From positions 352,001 to 416,000 of the forward strand of contig CAVPCT010000003.1 of the NCBI GenBank assembly GCA_963702475.1: a DNA stretch of 64,000 nt, read 5' to 3'. Positions within the stretch are counted from its first letter, which is position 1. The number at the start of each line of letters is the position of its first letter. Of the stretch, positions 42,272-51,056 are shown in pieces. The notes below the pieces were generated by a model, which did no database searches, was not told where the DNA came from, and saw only the letters and a list, made by a program, of their open reading frames with translations. Source of the DNA: an uncultured Thermoleophilia bacterium. Lineage in GTDB: Bacteria > Actinomycetota > Thermoleophilia > UBA2241. A program made the position numbers and the translations under genes.

Positions 42272-43231
42272 TCAGGGGACGAGCACGAGCCGGCCCAGGG
42301 CGGGCCGCTCCATGATGTGACGGTGTGCGCGGGGGGCGTCGGCCAGGGCCATCTCACGCCCTACGACCGGTCGAAGCCAGCCCTCGCGAAGACCCGCGGC
42401 CACGGCGGAATCGGCCTCGGCCGTCTCTTGCGGAGTGGACAGAGAGGCCATCACGCCGAACACGGCGCCCTCCACGTTCATGAGGTCGCGAGGGTTGACC
42501 TCCACCGTGCCGCGGTTGCCGACCACCATCACACGGCCGTTCCGTGCCAGGGCGGTGAAGTCCGCGCCGAGGTTCACGTTGGCCAGGAGCTCGACGATCA
42601 TCTGGAAGCCGAGCCGACCGGTGCCCGCGAACGCCGCCGCCAGGTGGTCGGGGTCGTGATGGTCGAAGGTGCGCACGTCACCCTGTGCTGCCACGAGCTC
42701 GCGGCCGGCCTCGCTGCCGGCCGTACCCATCACGTGGAGGCCGGCGGCCAGGGCGAGCTGGACGGTGGCGATGCCGACCGCGCCGCTCGCTCCGTGTACG
42801 AGCACCTTCTCTCCCGCCCTGGCCCGGCCGCGCTGGAAGAGCGCCCGGAAGGCCGTGGTGTACGGGACGCCCAGCGCGGCGCCCTGCGGATACGAGAGCG
42901 TGTCGGGTAGCGCGTGGACGTCCTCGGCGCGGCAGAGGGCGGACTCGGCGTAGGTCCCGCCCAAGGAGTCGGTGACGTAGACGCGTGCTCCCGGTTCGAG
43001 GTCCACGCCGGGGCCGGCCTGCGTGACGACGCCGGCCCCGTCCACGCCGGGCGTGTACGGGAGCGCGGGCAGGCTGCGGTAGTTGCCCGCGCGCACGTAG
43101 GTCTCGTAGGGGTTCACTCCCGCCGCCTGGATGCGGACGACCACCTCGCCCTCGACGGGCGCCGGCGCCGGCACCTCCTCGAGGCGCAGGACGTCCGGGT
43201 CGCCGAACTCGTGCACGCGGATCGCTCGCAT
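42272..43231 (-). CDS. NADPH:quinone reductase (zeta-crystallin, MDR family)
   Basis: AAGVNP, PYTPG.DGAG, VHGASGAVG. Confidence 0.92.
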   Translation of the reverse strand: MRAIRVHEFGDPDVLRLEEVPAPAPVEGEVVVRIQAAGVNPYETYVRAGNYRSLPALPYTPGVDGAGVVTQAGPGVDLEPGARVYVTDSLGGTYAESALCRAEDVHALPDTLSYPQGAALGVPYTTAFRALFQRGRARAGEKVLVHGASGAVGIATVQLALAAGLHVMGTAGSEAGRELVAAQGDVRTFDHHDPDHLAAAFAGTGRLGFQMIVELLANVNLGADFTALARNGRVMVVGNRGTVEVNPRDLMNVEGAVFGVMASLSTPQETAEADSAVAAGLREGWLRPVVGREMALADAPRAHRHIMERPALGRLVLVP

Positions 43232-43325
43232 CTCTGCCTCCGGTGTGGCGGGGGGACCGTGTCATGGTATCGAGCGCCGAGTCGGCGGTCGAGGTGGCAG
43301 GCGCCGGGGCCGCGCCCGAGACAGA

Positions 43326-43360
43326 GCGGCGGCGGGGGCGCCTCGCGCCCCCGCCGCCGC
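43326..43360. terminator. 15-bp GC hairpin downstream of the 43389 gene
   Basis: GCGGCGGCGGGGGCG-cctcg-CGCCCCCGCCGCCGC. Confidence 0.55.
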
Positions 43361-43388
43361 CGGTCCTCCGGCTTCTCGCCGGCGCCCG

Positions 43389-44465
43389 TCAGGGAACCGT
43401 GTACGTGAGGCCGCCGGACACGTAGCCCGTGAGCCGGTAGCCGGCGCCGCCGTTGAGCTGCTCGTAGATGTACGCGCCCGGACTGGTCCCCGGATTCATC
43501 GGCTGACCGTCGTACGGGTTCGTGGGCCACGGATCCACAAACTGGGCGACGTCACCGTCTTGGGTGACGTCTTGCGGCGCGGGATACAGGCCGTTGTTGT
43601 TCGTCGACCAGGTCATGATGCCCGCCTGGATGCGGTCGATGCCGTCGATGACCTGCTGGGCCTCTGCCGACTGCGTCGGGGTCGGGCTCGCGGTCGGTGA
43701 CGAGGTCGGCGAGAGAGTGGGCGATGGGGAGACCGTCGGGGACGGCGAGCTGCTGGGGGTGACCGGTACCAGGGCCGGCACGCGGCCCAGGGGCATGCTG
43801 ATGGTGGTCTCGTTCGCTCCCGTCACGCTCATCGTGATCTCGTCGCCATCCGCCCCGGGGCTGAGCGTGACGTCGTAGGGGCCGGGGATGCCGGCCAGTG
43901 ACGCGGACGTCTCCAGTGCGAACGTGAGGTCCTCGCCCTCTGCGGCCGCGACGGCCGAACCCAGTACGCGCACCATCGTGTCGTACACAGTGATCTGGTA
44001 CTCACCCGAGGTGCGCTGCACCACGATGCCTCCGCCGCTGCCGTCGGTGGGTGCCCAGGCGCCAACCCAGGCGAACGCGACGGTTGGCGTCGGTGTGGGC
44101 GTCGGCGCCGGCTCGGCGCCCTGGTCACGGATGAGGAAGTACCAGGCCGCGGCCGCAGCCGCCAGCGCGACGAGGATGACGATCACGACGATCCAGCCCG
44201 CGGATGAGCCCTCCCGGGGCGGGCGCGACGACATCACCAGCGTCGGCGCCGGGCCGGGCGACGGGGGCGCGGCTCCGCCGGCCGGCATGACCCGGGTGGG
44301 CTCGGCGAGCTCACCCGCCATCACCCGGGTGGCGTCCTCGGGCGGCACGACCGAGGTCGGGTCGTCGTCGGGGCCGGTATCCCCCGGCCACGCCCGCGTG
44401 GCCTCGGTGTCCTGGTCTGGTGCACCCGCCTGTCCTTCGGGCGTCCCCTCGATGTCGTCGTCCAT
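43389..44465 (-). CDS. Membrane-anchored protein: ATRV-repeat cytoplasmic tail, TM, beta domain, S/P/T linker, C-terminal WPxNP pilin-head-like domain
   Basis: EATRA/DATRV/EPTRV repeats, TM helix, WPTNPYDG.PM..G...G.Y.Y. Confidence 0.78.
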   Translation of the reverse strand: MDDDIEGTPEGQAGAPDQDTEATRAWPGDTGPDDDPTSVVPPEDATRVMAGELAEPTRVMPAGGAAPPSPGPAPTLVMSSRPPREGSSAGWIVVIVILVALAAAAAAWYFLIRDQGAEPAPTPTPTPTVAFAWVGAWAPTDGSGGGIVVQRTSGEYQITVYDTMVRVLGSAVAAAEGEDLTFALETSASLAGIPGPYDVTLSPGADGDEITMSVTGANETTISMPLGRVPALVPVTPSSSPSPTVSPSPTLSPTSSPTASPTPTQSAEAQQVIDGIDRIQAGIMTWSTNNNGLYPAPQDVTQDGDVAQFVDPWPTNPYDGQPMNPGTSPGAYIYEQLNGGAGYRLTGYVSGGLTYTVP

Positions 44466-44525
44466 GCTCGCCCTCCCCGGCCGGGTGACGTGAGTGGTGG
44501 TTTCGTGACCCTGTATTTGCCCCGT

Positions 44526-45869
44526 TCAGTCCGTTCCCTGTTCCAGCTGCGCCCACAGGTCGAAGAACTCCGGACAGGTCTTGCGCACGCAACCCGGGTC
44601 GTCGATCAGGACCCCCGGCGTGCGCAGCCCCAGCACCGTGAACGCCATGGCGATGCGGTGGTCACCGTGAGGGTCGACATGTCCGCCGTGGGGTGGACCG
44701 GGGAACACGCGCAGGTGGTCCGGCCCGGACTCCGTTCGCACCCCGAGCCGTCGCAGGTTCCCCTCCATGGCGGCGATGCGGTCGGACTCCTTGACTCTGA
44801 CGTTGGCGATGCCGGTCGCGGTGACGGGCGCGGCGGCGAAGGGAGCGATCGCGGCGAGGGTCATGAACGTGTCCGAGATGTCGCTCATGTCGACGGTGAG
44901 GCCCTGCAGCACCGCCGGGCCGGAAGCGCAGGAGCGCGTCGCCGAGCCGCCGACGGCGACGCCGTCCGCACCTTCGCCGATCTCGCAGCCCATGGCCTCG
45001 AGCACGTCGAGGAAGCGCACGTCGCCCTGCAGGGCATCGCGCCGGCGAAGCCCGGCGACGCACACACGCCCGCCCGTCACCGCGGCGGCGGCGAAGAAGT
45101 ACGAGGCCGTCGAGGCGTCCGGCTCCACGTCGTACTCGCGCGCCCTGTACGTGCCCGGCACAACGCGGAAGGCGCGGTGGCCGTCGCGTTCGGCCTCGTT
45201 GCCGAACTCGGCCATCATCCGCAGGGTCATGTCGACGTAGGGGCGGCTCACGAGCCCGTCGACGACGATCTCCAGCGGCTCCCTCGCGAGAGGCGCAGCC
45301 ATGAGCAGGGCGGAGACGAACTGGCTCGAGGTGTCGCCCGGCAGGCGCACACTCCCGCCCCGGAGACCGCCGGCCAGCAGGGTGAACGGCAGGCACTCCG
45401 CGTCCTGTGGGTCAGTGCGCGCGCCCTGCGCGCGCAGCACCTCGAGCAGCTGCGCCAGCGGGCGCCGCCGGAGCTGGGGCGAGGCGTCGAAGCGATACTC
45501 GCCCTCGCCGGCGGCGCAGGCCGCCAGCAGGAACCGCGCGGCTGTGCCGGCGTCGGCGCAGTACACGTCGGCGCGGCGCTCGGGGACCGGCCCGCCGCGC
45601 CCCTCGACGCGCCATGCGCCTGGCCCGGCGGGCTCGACCGGCACGCCGAGCGCCCGGACGCCGCCGGCGAAGGCCGCCGTGTCGTCGGCGTCGAGCACGC
45701 CGCGCAGGGTCGACGGGCCGTCCGCCAGGGCGGCCAGCAGGAGCGCCCGGTTGGTGATGCTCTTGGAGCCGGGCACGCGGACCATCACGTCGAGGTCCGC
45801 CCGCGCCGGCCGCACGAGCCGCGGTGCCGGGTCGCCCCCGCCCGCGGCCCTCACGTGGTCCCCGCCCAC
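44526..45869 (-). CDS. aroA: 3-phosphoshikimate 1-carboxyvinyltransferase
   Basis: PGSKSITNR, AGTAARF, SSQFVS, KESDR, DHRIAM, KTCPEF. Confidence 0.96.
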   Translation of the reverse strand: MGGDHVRAAGGGDPAPRLVRPARADLDVMVRVPGSKSITNRALLLAALADGPSTLRGVLDADDTAAFAGGVRALGVPVEPAGPGAWRVEGRGGPVPERRADVYCADAGTAARFLLAACAAGEGEYRFDASPQLRRRPLAQLLEVLRAQGARTDPQDAECLPFTLLAGGLRGGSVRLPGDTSSQFVSALLMAAPLAREPLEIVVDGLVSRPYVDMTLRMMAEFGNEAERDGHRAFRVVPGTYRAREYDVEPDASTASYFFAAAAVTGGRVCVAGLRRRDALQGDVRFLDVLEAMGCEIGEGADGVAVGGSATRSCASGPAVLQGLTVDMSDISDTFMTLAAIAPFAAAPVTATGIANVRVKESDRIAAMEGNLRRLGVRTESGPDHLRVFPGPPHGGHVDPHGDHRIAMAFTVLGLRTPGVLIDDPGCVRKTCPEFFDLWAQLEQGTD

Positions 45870-45872
45870 CCC

Positions 45873-46811
45873 TCAGCCGCCCGCGAGCGCTTTGGCGTAC
45901 AGCTCGTACGTGAAGGTGAGGCGCATACCGGCGCGCTCGTAGAGCAGCAGCGGCTGCGTCTTGCCCTCGGCGTCCACGCCGAGCTCCACGCGCCGTTGCC
46001 CGCGAGCGGCGAGCGCGGCGAGCGCCGTGGTGAGCAAGGCCAGGCCGATTCCGCGCCGGCGCCAGGGGCGCCGCACGGCGAGACCCTGCACGTAGGCGAG
46101 GTCGTCGTAGTTGAAGCAGATGAGCCCCCCGGCCGGCTGCTCGCCGTCCCAGGCGATGAACCAGAGGTCCGGGTCGAAGGTGGGGTGACCGAGCAGGCGC
46201 TGCCTCCAGGCGTCGAACGGCTCCTCGCTGTGCCGGAAATGGTCCGCGAAGGCTTCGTTCATGGTGTCGCGCATCACCGCCGCCTGCTCCTCGCGGAACG
46301 ACCGGATCGCGATGCCCTCGGGAGGAGCCTGTGCGGGCGCGTCGGCGGTGAGGTCCATGCCCATCCGGTACACGGTGCGGCGCACCTCGTAGCCACGCCG
46401 GCGGAGCACGTCACGCTTCGTGTGGTCGAGGCTGATGCAGAAGATGTCGAGCGCCGCCGCGTGGTAGGCCCTCTCGCGCGCGAGCTCGTGCCCGCGCCCC
46501 TCAGCCAGCGCCAGAAGACGGTCGAGCAACGCCGGCTCGTGGTGCTCCGGGTGGACCCACACGTCGCTCTCCAGCTCGCCGGTGTGGAGCTGGTCGCCGG
46601 TGTACGCGTAGCCGGTCACGCCGCTCGGGACCTCCGCCAGCCACGTGTCTCGAGCCAGGTCGAAGCCGGCCAGGTTCCAGTCGCCCTCGATGTCGCTCGC
46701 GTCGGTGTCGGGCACGCCCATGGTGGCGACGTCGCAGGCGATGAGCAGGTCGAGTATCTCCGGGAGGTCGCCGCGCGTGGCGGGGCGGATGTGGCTGGGG
46801 CTGCCTGTCAT
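45873..46811 (-). CDS. Tandem GNAT acetyltransferase (MshD-like fold)
   Basis: VHPEH..., LAV...WRRRGIG.ALL, LGVD, LYERAG. Confidence 0.85.
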   Translation of the reverse strand: MTGSPSHIRPATRGDLPEILDLLIACDVATMGVPDTDASDIEGDWNLAGFDLARDTWLAEVPSGVTGYAYTGDQLHTGELESDVWVHPEHHEPALLDRLLALAEGRGHELARERAYHAAALDIFCISLDHTKRDVLRRRGYEVRRTVYRMGMDLTADAPAQAPPEGIAIRSFREEQAAVMRDTMNEAFADHFRHSEEPFDAWRQRLLGHPTFDPDLWFIAWDGEQPAGGLICFNYDDLAYVQGLAVRRPWRRRGIGLALLTTALAALAARGQRRVELGVDAEGKTQPLLLYERAGMRLTFTYELYAKALAGG

Positions 46812-46818
46812 GACCCCG

Positions 46819-47397
46819 TCAGTCTACCTTGGTGAGTACGAGCGAACGCTCGTCCAGGCTCACCTTGATGACCCCGACGAAGGTCCCCTCCACGGTCAGC
46901 CTGAGGTGCGCCTGGTCCTGTGGCGCGAAGACCAGGCGGAAGTCCTTCACGTAGGCCGCAAAGGCGTTGCGTACGCGCTGCGCGTCCGCCACGTCGCCGG
47001 CCGCGTCGGCGAAGTCCTCGGCGGTGATCACGAGGTCGTCGCCGTCCAGATGGGCGCGGACGGTGAACGTCTGCGGAGTGCCCGAGGTGGCGTTGCCGCT
47101 GAAGATCGCCTCGATGCGGCGGCCGGGCCCGGCGATCACGACCCGGCCGATGGGCGCGTCCGCCGGAGCCGCCCACGTGCCGGCGAACGGGTTGCCCGGA
47201 TCGCGGATGAAGAGCAACCACACGAGCACGGCGGCGGCGACCGCCGCGGCGACGATGACCAGAGCGCGGCGCGGCACGGAGCGCCGGCGCTCGCGCCGCG
47301 GCCTGGGCGGCCTGGGCGGCGCGGCCCGCGGAGGCGGCGCGCCGCCTCCGCCCAGCGGCTTGACCAGCGGAAGAGGTGTCTCCTGGCGGTCCATCAC
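46819..47397 (-). CDS. Hypothetical membrane-anchored protein
   Basis: Pro/Arg-rich N-terminus, TM helix, F.GTW beta domain. Confidence 0.65.
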   Translation of the reverse strand: MMDRQETPLPLVKPLGGGGAPPPRAAPPRPPRPRRERRRSVPRRALVIVAAAVAAAVLVWLLFIRDPGNPFAGTWAAPADAPIGRVVIAGPGRRIEAIFSGNATSGTPQTFTVRAHLDGDDLVITAEDFADAAGDVADAQRVRNAFAAYVKDFRLVFAPQDQAHLRLTVEGTFVGVIKVSLDERSLVLTKVD

Positions 47398-47511
47398 GCG
47401 AGCTCCGCGCGTCGCTTGAGCAGGGTCAAGACTGCGGCCGCTGCGGGCGTGGTACGTTTCACGGTAGTCCCGTCACGGCGCGAGGGCCGTCCGCCCGTTC
47501 GAGGAGGAGCG

Positions 47512-47772
47512 ATGGACATCCACCGCTGTCCCGGCCAGGACCGCAGCAACTGGACCCCGGACGACATCTTCGAGATCCGCTGTCCGCAGTGCGGCGGCGA
47601 CATCGAGTACTTCAAAGACGACCAGCGCCGGCGCTGCCCTCATTGCGGCGCCGTCGTGGAGAACCCGCGCTTCGACAACGGGTGCGCGAGGTGGTGCGCC
47701 GCCGCGGAGAGCTGCTCGATCATGCGCGGCGTCGTGCCCGAGGAGCCTCTCGAAGGGGCCACGACGACCTGA
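47512..47772 (+). CDS. Small Cys-rich double zinc-ribbon protein
   Basis: RBS GAGGAGGAG; CPGQD, CPQCG..IEYFKDD..RRCPHCG, CARWC....C. Confidence 0.8.
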   Translation: MDIHRCPGQDRSNWTPDDIFEIRCPQCGGDIEYFKDDQRRRCPHCGAVVENPRFDNGCARWCAAAESCSIMRGVVPEEPLEGATTT

Positions 47773-47805
47773 CGGTCCCGTCGGTTCACTCGCGCGCCGG
47801 CCTCC

Positions 47806-49107
47806 CTAGAACTCCAGGTCCTCCAGCCGGGCGAAGATCACGTCGCGCCCGGCCTTGTACTGGTCCGGGTCGAGCGCCGCGTCCACGTCGGCCGCCGTGA
47901 GCACCGCCATGGCCTCGGCGTCGACCTTCACCACGTCGCCGAAGTCGACGCCCTCGCGCCAGGCCTTCATGGCGGAGTCCTGGACCACGCGGTAGGCGTC
48001 CTCGCGCAGCATGCCCTTGTCCACGAGTACGAGCAGCAGCGTGCCGCTGAACACCAGGCGGTGGCTGATGGCGAAGTTGGCCAGCATGCGCTGCGGGTCG
48101 ACCACGAGGTTGTCCATGAGCTTCGTGAACTTCTGCAGCATGTAGTCGAGCAGGATGCAGCTGTCGGGCAGCACGATGCGCTCGGCGGAGCTGTGGCTGA
48201 TGTCGCGCTCGTGCCACAGGGCGTTGTTCTCCATCCCGACCAGGGCGTTGCCGCGCAGCACGCGGGCGCAGCCGGCCATACGCTCGCTGAGGATGGGGTT
48301 GCGCTTGTGGGGCATGGCCGAGGACCCTTTCTGTCCCTTGCCGAACGCCTCTTCGGCCTCCCGCACCTCGGTGCGCTGCAGGTGGCGGATCTCCGTGGCG
48401 AACTTCTCGATGCTCGACCCGGTCACGGCGAGCGCGTTCAGGAAGGTGGCGTGGCGGTCGCGCTGCACAACCTGGTTGCTGATGGGCTCACGGCCGATGT
48501 CGAGCATCTCGCAGACGAGGTCCTCCACCCTCGGGTCGATGTTGTTGTAGGCGCCCACGGCGCCGCTGATCTTGCCGACGGCGGCCATGCTGGTGGCGAG
48601 GCGCAGGCGCTTGAGGTCGCGGCTGACCTCGAAGGCCCACATGCCGAGCTTCATGCCGAAGGTGATGGGCTCGGCGTGGATGCCGTGGGTACGGCCCACC
48701 TGCACGGCGTCGCGGAACTCGAAGGCGCGCCGCTTGAGCACCTGCCCCAGCGCGACGAGGTCGCGCTCCAGCAGGCGCCCGGCGCGCTTGATCTGCAGCG
48801 CCAGCCCGGTATCGAGCATGTCGCTGCTCGTCATGCCGTAGTGCACGTACTTGCTGGCGTCGCCCACGTATTCCGCGACGTTGGTGAGGAAGGCGATCAC
48901 GTCGTGGTTGGTGGTCGCCTCGATCTCCTGCACGCGGGCTACGTCGAACGACGCCTTGGCGACGATCTCCTTCACGGCGGCGTGCGGGACCTTGCCGAGC
49001 TCGTTCCAGGCCTTGACCGCGGCGATCTCCACGTCCAGCCAGGCCTGCATCTTGGCCTCTTCGGTCCAGACCGCGCCCATCTCCGGGAGCGTGTAGCGCT
49101 CGATCAT
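47806..49107 (-). CDS. purB: Adenylosuccinate lyase
   Basis: MIERYT, HDVIAF, GRTHG.HAEP, GSSAMPHKRNP, HERDISHSS; ends in TAG. Confidence 0.97.
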   Translation of the reverse strand: MIERYTLPEMGAVWTEEAKMQAWLDVEIAAVKAWNELGKVPHAAVKEIVAKASFDVARVQEIEATTNHDVIAFLTNVAEYVGDASKYVHYGMTSSDMLDTGLALQIKRAGRLLERDLVALGQVLKRRAFEFRDAVQVGRTHGIHAEPITFGMKLGMWAFEVSRDLKRLRLATSMAAVGKISGAVGAYNNIDPRVEDLVCEMLDIGREPISNQVVQRDRHATFLNALAVTGSSIEKFATEIRHLQRTEVREAEEAFGKGQKGSSAMPHKRNPILSERMAGCARVLRGNALVGMENNALWHERDISHSSAERIVLPDSCILLDYMLQKFTKLMDNLVVDPQRMLANFAISHRLVFSGTLLLVLVDKGMLREDAYRVVQDSAMKAWREGVDFGDVVKVDAEAMAVLTAADVDAALDPDQYKAGRDVIFARLEDLEF

Positions 49108-49251
49108 GACGTGCCTCCGTGGTCGTGACGCCGCCGATTCTCTCACACGTCTTGGGCCGGCCGGCGGAGCCGTTTCCGGCAGCGCGCCGTCCGGCCGGGA
49201 GTAGACTTGCAGGTGAGGCGCATCGGGGAGGCACCGAGACCGGAGGAGGGG

Positions 49252-49539
49252 ATGATGGCGACCGACGAGGAACTGCGCAACCACGCGATCAAGGTGATCA
49301 AGAAGAAGCGGGAGTTCTGGGGCCACGTGGCCGCCTACGTCATCGTCAACGCCTTTCTGGTGGTGGTCTGGTACTTCTTCACCGGGGCGGGCTACTTCTG
49401 GCCCGGCTGGGTGATGGCCGGCTGGGGCATCGGCCTGGCCTTCAACGCCTGGGACGCGTACGGCCGTGGAAATCGGCCCATCAGCGAGGACGAGATCCAG
49501 CGGGAGATGCAGCGCCAGAAGGGGTCCGGCGCCTCCTGA
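49252..49539 (+). CDS. 2TM-domain protein
   Basis: F..H..AY.IVN, YFWP.W...GWGIGL, E.EI.REM. Confidence 0.85.
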   Translation: MMATDEELRNHAIKVIKKKREFWGHVAAYVIVNAFLVVVWYFFTGAGYFWPGWVMAGWGIGLAFNAWDAYGRGNRPISEDEIQREMQRQKGSGAS

Positions 49540-49545
49540 GAAGAG

Positions 49546-49594
49546 CGAGCGGCCGAGGCCGGGGCGGCGCTGCCGCCCCGGCCTCGGCCGCTCG
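49546..49594. terminator. 23-bp inverted repeat, probable bidirectional terminator
   Basis: CGAGCGGCCGAGGCCGGGGCGGC-gct-GCCGCCCCGGCCTCGGCCGCTCG between convergent genes. Confidence 0.7.
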
Positions 49595-49635
49595 AGGCTC
49601 CGTCCCCGCACAGCGGGTTCCGCCGCCCGCCGGTG

Positions 49636-50013
49636 TCAGCGCATGGCGATGGCCTCGATCTCCACGCGCAGGTCCTTGGGCAGGCGCGCCACCTCCACGG
49701 TCGAGCGCGCCGGGTAGGGCTCGCTGAAGAACTCGGCGTACACTTCGTTGACCGCGCCGAAGTCGTCCATGTCCTTCAGGAAGATCGTCGTCTTGACCAC
49801 GTTGTCGAGGGTCAGGCCCGCCGCGCCCAGGGTCGCGACCATGTTCTCGAGCGCCTTGCGGGTCTGCTCTTTGGGCGTGGGGCCGACGATCCTGCCGCTC
49901 GAGTCCAGGGCGATCTGGCCGGAGACGAAGACGAAGCCGCCCGCTCCCAGCGCCGCCGAGTACGGTCCCACGGCGGGCGCGCCCTCCGGTGAAGCGTACG
50001 CTTGCTTGTCCAT
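49636..50013 (-). CDS. ridA: RidA/YjgF-family deaminase
   Basis: P.AVGPYS, SGQI, VVKTTIFL, F..VN.VY..FF, PARS.V, VEIEAIA. Confidence 0.92.
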   Translation of the reverse strand: MDKQAYASPEGAPAVGPYSAALGAGGFVFVSGQIALDSSGRIVGPTPKEQTRKALENMVATLGAAGLTLDNVVKTTIFLKDMDDFGAVNEVYAEFFSEPYPARSTVEVARLPKDLRVEIEAIAMR

Positions 50014-50058
50014 GCCGGCTCCTCTCGTCCACGCTGTGCGCGGTGGTGGGTGTGTCGG

Positions 50059-50436
50059 TCAGTAGCGTACCGCGACGGCTGCGACCTGCAGCAGCGCGCC
50101 GCCCGGCAGCCAGGCGGCGCCGACGACGCTGCGCGCCGGGAAGGGCGCGCTGAAACACTCGCGGAGGACGTCGTCGACCGCCGTCAGGTCGTCAGGGTCG
50201 GTGAGGTACACGGTGAGCTCGGCCACGCTCTCGAGACCGAGGCCGGTGGCGCGGAGTTGGTGGGCGAGGTGGGCCAGAGCCCGGCGCGCCTGCCCGGCGG
50301 CGTCGCCGCCGGGCTCCTCGCCGGGCCCGAACGGCAGCTGTGCCGAGACGAACACGAGGCGACCGGCCGAGACCGCCGCCGAGAAGGGCCCGCGCGGCGG
50401 CGGCACGAGCGCAGAGGTGAAGCCGTGGACCACCAT
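50059..50436 (-). CDS. Divergent Rid-family protein
   Basis: GPFS, SAQLP, PFPARSVVG, LP.GA..QVAAVA. Confidence 0.8.
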   Translation of the reverse strand: MVVHGFTSALVPPPRGPFSAAVSAGRLVFVSAQLPFGPGEEPGGDAAGQARRALAHLAHQLRATGLGLESVAELTVYLTDPDDLTAVDDVLRECFSAPFPARSVVGAAWLPGGALLQVAAVAVRY

Positions 50437-50549
50437 GCTCGAAGTGTCCCCGCGACGAGCGAAGCTCACGCCGCGGGGCGCAGGGACTGCGCGCGTGGGT
50501 CCGCGCGCGGCTACGGGCGCTGCCCGGCCGCCGCGGTCGCGGCCCGCGC

Positions 50550-50999
50550 TCAGACGTCCAGGATCTTCGCCGCCAGAATCGCGGCGTTGCGGGCGCCGTT
50601 GATGGCAACGCACGCCACGGGCACGCCGGGCGGCATCTGCACGATGCTGAGCAGCGAGTCCAGGCCGCCCAGGTCGCTCGTCTTGATCGGCACGCCGATC
50701 ACGGGGACGTTGGTGTAGGCGGCCAGCACGCCCGGCAGCGCCGCGGCCTTGCCGGCGCCACCGATGAGCACCTTGATGCCGCGCGACTGGGCCGTCTTCG
50801 CGTAGTGCGCTACCTTGTCCGGGTCGCGGTGGGCGGAGAGCACGCTGATCTCGTACTTGATCTTGCGCTCGTCGAGCTCCTTGCAGGCCCCCTCCATGAC
50901 CTCGCGATCACTCTCGCTGCCCATGACGATGCCCACCAGCACGGGCTCCAGCTCGATGCCCTGCAGAAGGGCCTCGACCTCGGTACTCGTCCTCTCCAC
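50550..50999 (-). CDS. purE: PurE (N5-CAIR mutase/AIR carboxylase)
   Basis: [33 protein letters not shown]. Confidence 0.95.
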   Translation of the reverse strand: MERTSTEVEALLQGIELEPVLVGIVMGSESDREVMEGACKELDERKIKYEISVLSAHRDPDKVAHYAKTAQSRGIKVLIGGAGKAAALPGVLAAYTNVPVIGVPIKTSDLGGLDSLLSIVQMPPGVPVACVAINGARNAAILAAKILDV

Positions 51000-51056
51000 T
51001 GCTCGGCTCCTGTCTCGTGGGTGTTCGGGGTACGCGGCGCGCGGGTGTGGTGACTA

